In this document: piece by piece, positions 1-5,634 of the stretch
Position numbering within the stretch: the first letter of the stretch is position 1
Layout: every line of letters begins with the position of its first letter
NCBI RefSeq assembly: GCF_006345805.1
Contig: NW_021829856.1
Span: forward strand, 1 to 5,634
Reading direction: 5' to 3'
Source of the DNA: Octopus sinensis
Lineage: Eukaryota
DNA length: 5,634 bases
The notes under the pieces: model-generated
Databases searched by the model: none
Seen by the model: the letters and a program-made list of their open reading frames with translations, nothing else
Told to the model about the DNA's origin: nothing
Made by a program: the position numbers and the translations under genes

Positions 1-43
<43 letters not shown>
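1..43. repeat. (GATA)n microsatellite, truncated by the window edge
   Basis: 10.75 perfect GATA units read directly. Confidence 0.99.
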
Positions 44-64
44 TCTAGGTTGATCATCTGGATA

Positions 65-82
65 TGTGTGTGTGAGTGGTTT

Positions 83-127
<45 letters not shown>

Positions 128-130
128 TGT
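65..130. repeat. Interrupted (TG)n microsatellite
   Basis: TG run with short interruptions at 75-83 and 127. Confidence 0.97.
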
Positions 131-176
131 AATCTAGGATGATCGTCACTGTGGCTGAATTATCATATTTACAAAA

Positions 177-301
177 GTAGAAGTGGCTGTGTGGTAAGTA
201 GCTTGCTTACCAACCACACGGTTCCGGGTTCAGTCCCGTCTTCTAGTATAGCCTCGGGCCGAGTGGATTTGGTAGACGGAAACTGAAAGAAGCCCGTCGT
301 A

Positions 302-332
<31 letters not shown>

Positions 333-564
333 GCATGTGCGTATATATGTTTGTGTGTCTGTGATCCCATCCCCAACATCGCTTGACAACCGATGCTGGT
401 GTGTTTACGTCCCCGTAATCCAGCGGTTCGGCAAAAAGGAACCGATAGAATAAGTACAAGGCTTACAAAGAATAAGTCCTGGGGTCGATTTGCTCGACTA
501 AAGGCGGTGCTCCAGCATGGCCACAGTCACATGACTGAAACAAGTAAAAGAGTAAAAGAGTAAA
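177..564 (+). mobile_element. tRNA-derived SINE, family 1 (octopus OR/CORE-type as I recall it), internally deleted copy
   Basis: A-box-like TGGCTGTGTGG 184-194, B-box GGTTCAGTCCC 227-237, head hairpin TGGTAAG/CTTACCA 192-212, internal microsatellite, and 3' tandem tail (AGTAAAAG)2-AGTAAA 543-564. The family name is from memory of octopus repeats. Confidence 0.88.
299..362. repeat. (TA)n/(TG)n compound microsatellite inside the family-1 SINE
   Basis: Read directly; SINE body sequence lies on both sides. Confidence 0.95.
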
Positions 565-1082
565 GTGGTTCGGCTCTCCTTGGGGAAAGCCTTTAAATTT
601 GTAGTGATAAAGAATTTAATTTTATTATGCTGATATCTTTCAACGTCGCATCGGAAATGTAAACAATGAGAAATAAATCATGTATCAAATCACATCCGCA
701 CGTAGATTTCATTTACCAAAATGTTATTACCGTTCTGTGATATCTGCATCGATATAAAAATCATTGTTCTATGAACAGTAAATGTTATTGCGCAAATGGA
801 ATCAGTAAATTGCGTGTCATCAGTGGAATCTAGAAATTGCAGATTTAACATATATGTCTTAGATATATGTATATAATAAAACTATTTAGAAATATTTCAT
901 ACACATGTATGAAGCCTTTGTATTTAAAAGTAATTGAATGAGAGGTTGTGGCTTTCATGTCTATTTCATTGTATTGATCTGCGTAATTGAGATTGACCGA
1001 CTTCACTGGAATCTTTATCTCTAAAGAGTTAATATGTCTGTAATGATGGTTTCTGATGACAAAAACCTACAATTTAATTTTA

Positions 1083-1097
1083 TAAGAAAGAGCATAT
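1083..1097. repeat. Target-site duplication copy 1 (TAAGAAAGAGCATAT)
   Basis: 14/15 identical to 1656-1670 and 2073-2087; abuts the 3' end of SINE A. Confidence 0.85.
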
Positions 1098-1655
1098 ACT
1101 TTTCTGCGATAGGCGCAAGGCCCGAAATTTTTGAGGGAGAGGGCCAGTCGATTAGATCGACCTCAGTACGCAACGGGTATTTAATTTATCGACCCCGAAA
1201 GGATGAAAAGCAAAGTTGACCGCGTCGGAATTTGAACTCAGAACGTAGACAGACGAAATACCTATTTCTTTACCACCCACAAGGAGCTAAACACAGAGAG
1301 GACAAATAAGAACAGACACACGGATTAAGTCGATTACATCGATCCCAGTGCGTAACTGGTACTTAATTTATCGACCACGAAAGGATGAAAGGCAAAGTCG
1401 ACCTCGGCGGAATTTGAACTCAGAACATAACGACAGACGAAATACCTATTTCTTTACTACCCACAAGGGGCTAAACACAGAGAGGACAAATAAGAACAGA
1501 CACACGGATTAAGTGGATTACATCGACCCCAGTGCGTAACTGGTGCTTATTTAATCGACCCCAAAAGGATGAAAGGCAAAGTCGACCTCGGCGGAATTTG
1601 AACTCAGAACGTAACGACAGACGAAATACCACAAAGCATTTCGCTCGACGTGACT
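1098..1655 (-). mobile_element. Family-2 multimeric tRNA-SINE copy A: A-box-deleted head + two 184-bp internal units + terminal unit
   Basis: B-boxes (GGAATTTGAACTC on +) at 1227, 1409 and 1593. Exact 184-bp period (1254, 1438, 1622). Internal units 1447-1630 and 1263-1446; terminal unit 1098-1262 has the same tail type as 5461-5535. Flanked by 15-bp direct repeats. Confidence 0.93.
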
Positions 1656-1670
1656 TAAGAAAGAACATAT
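1656..1670. repeat. Target-site duplication copy 2 (TAAGAAAGAACATAT), between SINEs A and B
   Basis: Identical to 2073-2087. Confidence 0.9.
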
Positions 1671-2072
1671 TTATTTCTTTATTGCCCACAGGGAGCTAAA
1701 GAAGGACAGACAAAGGGATTAAGTCGATTACATTGAGTCGAGTGAGTAACTGGTAATTATTTAATCGACCTGGAAAGGACGAAAGACAAAGTCGGCCTCG
1801 GCGGAATTTGAACTCAGAACGTAACGGCAGACGAAATACCTATTTCTTTATTACCCACAAGGGGCTAAAGACAGAGGGGACAAACAAGGACAGACATAGG
1901 TATTAGGTCGATTACATCGACCCCAGTACGTAACTGGTACTTAATTTATCGACCCCGAAAGGATGAAAGGCAAAGTCGACCTCGGCGGAATTTGAACTCA
2001 GAACGTAACGACAGACAAAATACCGCTAAGCATTTCGCCTGGCGTGCTAACGTTTGCGCCATCTCGCTACCT
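1671..2072 (-). mobile_element. Family-2 multimeric tRNA-SINE copy B: full head + two internal-type units, no terminal unit
   Basis: Head on - reads AGGTAGCGAGATGGCGCAAACGTTAGC from 2072. B-boxes at 1987 and 1803 are 184 bp apart. Unit 1671-1840 is more decayed and ~14-16 bp shorter. Flanked by identical 15-bp repeats. Confidence 0.93.
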
Positions 2073-2087
2073 TAAGAAAGAACATAT
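2073..2087. repeat. Target-site duplication copy 3 (TAAGAAAGAACATAT)
   Basis: Abuts the head of SINE B. Confidence 0.9.
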
Positions 2088-2215
2088 TGAACAGACAATG
2101 TAGTCCCTGTTACCGCAAAAGTCATGATGGTCACAGCTGGCATGTCTTGTATCGTTTGTCTGCTCGAACAAGCGTGCATGGCTTTTCTTTTTTTTTTTTG
2201 TATTCTTCCTTTTAG

Positions 2216-2259
2216 ATGATGATTATAAAAGCAAATCAGCCGTTTGTATAACTACTTGA
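2216..2259 (+). CDS. Weak candidate terminal coding exon: xDDYKSKSAVCITT-stop
   Basis: ~30-nt pyrimidine tract 2183-2213 followed by TAG|; the phase-1 frame ends TGA at 2257-2259. No homology recognised. Confidence 0.15.
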
Positions 2260-2285
2260 CAGCTATGCAGGCAGATTATCCGAGG

Positions 2286-2330
<45 letters not shown>

Positions 2331-2446
2331 ACTACTACTACGGCTGCTGCTGCTACTGCTGCTACCGCTACTGCTGCTGCTGTTACTACTACCACCATCA
2401 CAGTAATCACCACCATCACAGTAATCACCACCATCACCACCACCAT

Positions 2447-2495
<49 letters not shown>

Positions 2496-2598
2496 GCTAC
2501 TGCTGATGCTGCTGTTACTACTACCACCACCACAGTAATCACCACCACCATTACTACTACTACTACTACTACTTCTACTACTACTGCAACAAATAATG

Positions 2599-2662
<64 letters not shown>

Positions 2663-2670
2663 ATAATAAT
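2286..2670. repeat. Compound trinucleotide repeat (TAC)n-(GCT)n-(ACC)n-(TAC)n-(AAT)n with higher-order duplications
   Basis: Read directly; includes an 18-bp x2.5 duplication at 2391-2435 and a block repeated at a 132-bp period. Confidence 0.98.
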
Positions 2671-3046
2671 AAAATCGCTCCTACAACCAACTACCAGAGA
2701 CGACCATGCTATCCGTAATAACGTGTAAGGTTTAGTCGCATGAAGATAGAAACGATGAAGTAAGTGTGTAAAAACCAATGAGGATATTTTGGTAAAAAGA
2801 ACAAAGAAAGAATGGAGAAGAAAGAAGTTGGCATGAGGGACATTATCTTGTGTAACCGGTGCATATTTTCTAAGCCCTTTAAAAGAAATGAAAGGGAACA
2901 GACGACCAGAGTTCAGTCAAAACAGAAAATGATACAATGTGGCGGATAGGTATGCGGGCGGTTTTAAAAAGGTCAGACGGGGATTAAGATTAAAGTTAAT
3001 TATGCAATAAACAAAACGGGATTTTAATGCAAGGAGAGGTGGATGG

Positions 3047-3217
3047 ATATATGTGTGTGCGTGTGTACAATTATGCATGTGCGTATGTGTGTATGTGTAT
3101 ATATGTGTGTGTGTGTATGTGTAAACATATATATATATATACACACATATATATATATATACATATACATATATATATACATATACATACATGTACACAC
3201 ACACACATATATATATA

Positions 3218-3266
<49 letters not shown>

Positions 3267-3297
3267 GTATGTCTATGTACGTGTGAGTGTGTTTGTT

Positions 3298-3362
<65 letters not shown>

Positions 3363-3487
3363 TGTATGTATTTATAACTATGCATGTATGTATATATGTA
3401 TGTGCATATTTGTCTATATATCTGTGTATACATGTATGTACGTGCGTGTTTGTGCATCTATGTATGCATGTGTGCATGTATGTATAT
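3047..3487. repeat. Compound microsatellite: (TG)/(TA)/(CA) 3047-3295, (GATA)n ~3298-3362, degenerate (TATG)/(TG) to ~3487
   Basis: Read directly; accounts for all the YI/HT/CV-rich ORFs here. Confidence 0.98.
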
Positions 3488-3792
3488 CTTGAGTGTACAA
3501 ATAGATGTACAACTACTACTGTAGATTAACATCATCAAGTCTGTTCCCAGTATAGTGGATAAGCTACGACTATACTTAATGATATTACTAGTCATCAATA
3601 TCTATAAAACTGAAATGTGAAAAAGTTGTTTGATTTCTTGGTTATTTGTCTCATTTTGCGAAGGGAACGGTTTAAAGGGCGGTAGATGGGGTCGGATTGG
3701 CGCCAAAATTTACATTGGGGTAGTAGGCAATGGTGTGAGGAGGGTTGCAAGTCGCTCGGAGTTACCGTTCGGTTGGCATGGTGAGGAATATG

Positions 3793-3925
3793 GGAAAAGG
3801 AGAAAAGAAAGAGTGGAAGAAGAGAAAGAAGAAAAAATTTTTAAAAAAGAAAAAGAAAAAGAAGAGGGCAATAAAAAGAACCAGGCAAAGAAGACGAACA
3901 AAAGAAGAATGGGAAAAGGAGACAA
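3793..3925 (+). repeat. Purine-rich (GA/A) low-complexity tract
   Basis: Mostly A/G, interrupted by a T6 run at 3837-3842. Confidence 0.8.
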
Positions 3926-4053
3926 CGCGCACAAAACCACACCACCACCAAAACCCGAGCAAATCACGGGTCAAAATAGCTAGTTATGAAATACAATGCA
4001 AATGTAGAAGAAATTATGATAAACACAAGTTTATTTCAGTTGTCCCTACGTAC

Positions 4054-4126
4054 CTTTCCCCATTGTGGTTATTTCAAACTTTCCATTGTATGTTCCAAGT
4101 ACAATTGGAGGCTTAACTTTAACTCT
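4054..4126 (-). CDS. Candidate 73-nt internal exon, RVKVKPPIVLGTYNGKFEITTMGK(G)
   Basis: Acceptor TTTAATTGTATTATACTCCAG|AGA (AG at 4128-4127) and strong donor AAG|GTACGT (GT at 4053-4052). Open, non-repetitive frame. No protein family recognised. Confidence 0.35.
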
Positions 4127-4205
4127 CTGGAGTATAATACAATTAAATGCTCCCTGATGATCCGTTGTGGTTAAGTATCCAATTGCACTTGGAACATCCA
4201 TTGCA
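4082..4205. other. Imperfect inverted repeat: 36-bp arms (4082-4117 / 4170-4205), 52-nt loop
   Basis: 30/36 complementary. Core GTTCCAAGTACAATTGGA / TCCAATTGCACTTGGAAC is 17/18. Confidence 0.92.
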
Positions 4206-4247
4206 GAATTCCAAAGAAATATAATGGTGGAACGCACGCAAGAACTT

Positions 4248-4312
4248 ATACATACATATATATATATGTGCGTGTATGTAAGAGTGTGTGTGCGTGTGCA
4301 TGTGTGTGTGTG

Positions 4313-4349
<37 letters not shown>

Positions 4350-4369
4350 GTGTGTGTGTGTGTGTGTGC
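4248..4369. repeat. (TA)n-(TG)n compound microsatellite
   Basis: Read directly. Confidence 0.97.
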
Positions 4370-4883
4370 ATTTGCAGATAGAGGGGTCGAGTGAGATATA
4401 AAGACACAGAGATAGATGTAGATAAATATACAGCGAGACAAAAACTTAGAAACGAATAAAGACGACCAAGATATAAGAACACACGAGAATAGAGGCAACG
4501 CCAAATAAGGGAGTGCGACGGGGTGCATCAGTCACCAGATATTTGCTTGGCTCTAAAAGCAACGGCAGTAATAACCACAAGGTATAACATCACCATCATA
4601 AAACAACCACAAACAACAATTACCTAAATCAAAACAACTAAATCAAAAAAATAAATATATAAACGGTTGGAATATATCATTGAGATTTCTTTAATTATTC
4701 CTACGATAGCAAAACGGATTAAACCAGAGGCAATCAAATTACTTGGGTCTATCACCAAGTAAGAACAAATTTCAATAGGCAATTAAATCAGGGTTTTTTT
4801 TTTTTTCGAGCTTTAGAAGGGTCATTGCGCCAATATTAATAACACACGCACTGATTCAATTCCATTCTTTTATTATTAGTCAA

Positions 4884-5071
4884 TCGGTTAATCAGTTAAA
4901 TATCTATCCAACTAATTAACTGAGCGTTTGTTTAACTTGTTGGTTAAACAGTTAATGACTTTTTCTTCTTTTTATTTTATTTTTATTTTATATCTTTTTT
5001 TTGTTTTTGACTGCTTAAGTTAAACAAACAATTGATTTGTTCGTTGGATAAATTTATAACTGGTTGACTGA
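4884..5071. other. Degenerate ungapped inverted repeat (~55-bp arms) around a T-rich spacer; MITE-like
   Basis: Blocks 4926-4938/5017-5029 (13/13), 4905-4912/5043-5050 (8/8) and 4893-4898/5057-5062 (6/6) all share one symmetry axis (paired coordinates sum to 9955). Confidence 0.8.
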
Positions 5072-5117
5072 CAGTAAAGGAGTGGAATTCAGTCTGTGCG
5101 TGTATTATAAGAATAAT

Positions 5118-5535
5118 AGGCGACGAGCTAGCAGAATTGTTAGCTTGCCGGGCGAAATGCGTAGCCGTATTTCGTCTGCTGTTACATTCTGAGTTCAAAT
5201 TCCGCCGATGTCGACTTTGCCTTTCATCCTTTCGGGGTCGATAAATTAAGTACCAATTACGCACTGGGGTCGATATAATCGACTTAATCCGTTTGTCTGT
5301 CCTTGTTTGTCCTCTCTGTGTTTAGCCCCTTGTGGGTAGTATAGAAATAGGTATTTCGCCCGTCGCTACGTTGTGAGTTCAAATTCCACCAAGGTCGACT
5401 TTGCCTTTCATCCTTTCGGGATCGATAAATTAAGTTCCAAAGTTCCAGTTGCGTACTGGGGCCGATCTAATCGACTGCCCCCAGCCCACCCAACCCCCAA
5501 AAATGTCATGTCTTGTGCCTATAGTAGAAAGGATT
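5118..5535 (+). mobile_element. Family-2 multimeric tRNA-SINE copy C: head + one 184-bp internal unit + terminal unit
   Basis: A-box-like TAGCAGAATTG 5129-5139; B-boxes GAGTTCAAATTCC at 5191 and 5375 (184 bp apart); junction at 5349/5350; terminal tail matches 1098-1160 in reverse complement. The 3' end is approximate. Confidence 0.93.
5129..5203 (+). promoter_or_regulatory. Internal RNA polymerase III type-2 promoter (A box + B box) of SINE C
   Basis: A-box-like 5129-5139 and B-box 5191-5203 at a tRNA-like spacing. Activity is unknown. Confidence 0.7.
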
Positions 5536-5634
5536 ACTATTATCGTGATGACTCTCCCTAGACATAACAAAATGTATTCCAAACACGAATTTACATAAAG
5601 AATCTTGCAAACCAAACACAAAACGAAATTAATC

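Noticed and set aside
44-147. Imperfect 15-bp direct repeat TCTAGG(T/A)TGATC(A/G)TC at 44-58 and 133-147 flanking the TG array, as a possible TSD
   Set aside because: It is 13/15 identical but encloses only an SSR with no element hallmarks; it may be a small duplication and cannot be interpreted further.
169-459. 96-aa minus-strand ORF
   Set aside because: Antisense to the family-1 SINE and reads through its microsatellite.
173-566. TSD for the family-1 SINE
   Set aside because: Only AAAGT (5 bp) matches and it overlaps the A-rich tail, so it is not significant.
690-851. 53-aa minus-strand ORF (MLNLQFLDSTDDTQFTDSIC...) with a 27-bp internal near-repeat at 797-813/824-840
   Set aside because: Short, no recognisable family, and only modest splice-like signals.
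1034-1689. ORFs 1034-1219 (+) and 1471-1689 (-)
   Set aside because: Translations of SINE sequence; similar peptides recur at 4983-5264 and 5430-5621 for the same reason.
1098-2072. CRISPR-like array or tRNA gene cluster
   Set aside because: Units repeat along their whole length with no unique spacers, and the heads lack a complete cloverleaf and continue into SINE bodies.
2737-2765. 24-nt micro-exon (SHEDRNDE) ending at GAA|GTAAGT
   Set aside because: The donor is good but the acceptor lacks a pyrimidine tract.
2223-2778. Poly-Y/T/N/S/V/I ORFs
   Set aside because: Trinucleotide repeats keep frames open on both strands; there is no coding evidence.
2917-3477. Long YI/HT/CV-rich ORFs
   Set aside because: Dinucleotide and GATA repeat artefacts.
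3630-4116. K/E-rich and F-rich ORFs
   Set aside because: Products of the purine-rich tract read on either strand.
4060-4173. 12-bp direct repeat CC(A/G)TTGTGGTTA at 4060-4071 and 4162-4173
   Set aside because: It is 11/12 identical but does not bound the hairpin symmetrically, so it is not a TSD.
4167-4528. Full-length 160-aa, 75-aa and 78-aa ORFs spanning the TG array
   Set aside because: Mostly microsatellite; only the 4054-4126 segment has splice support.
5103-5543. TSD for SINE C
   Set aside because: Best matches (TATTAT; AAGAATAATA versus AGGATTACTA, 7/10) are too degenerate to call.

Overview
AT-rich, repeat-dense eukaryotic non-coding DNA with no recognisable full-length gene. The SINE sequences and the very dense microsatellites match what I recall of Octopus (coleoid cephalopod) genomes; this is recall, not a search result. 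Almost every ORF in the track is a microsatellite or SINE read-through artefact. The window holds: (1) one tRNA-headed SINE of family 1 (~177-564, +) with an internal microsatellite; (2) three copies of a second, multimeric tRNA-headed SINE family built as head + n x 184-bp unit, with or without a distinct terminal unit: A (1098-1655, -), B (1671-2072, -) and C (5118-~5535, +). A and B lie head-to-tail between three copies of one 15-bp target site; (3) large compound microsatellites; (4) two inverted repeats not explained by the SINEs. One is a 36-bp stem (4082-4205) whose loop would hold the acceptor of a candidate 73-nt minus-strand exon. The other is a ~55-bp degenerate palindrome (4884-5071). 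The strongest leads are the multimer architecture with its palindromic junction, the triple target-site duplication, and the exon/intron hairpin as a possible ADAR editing substrate.
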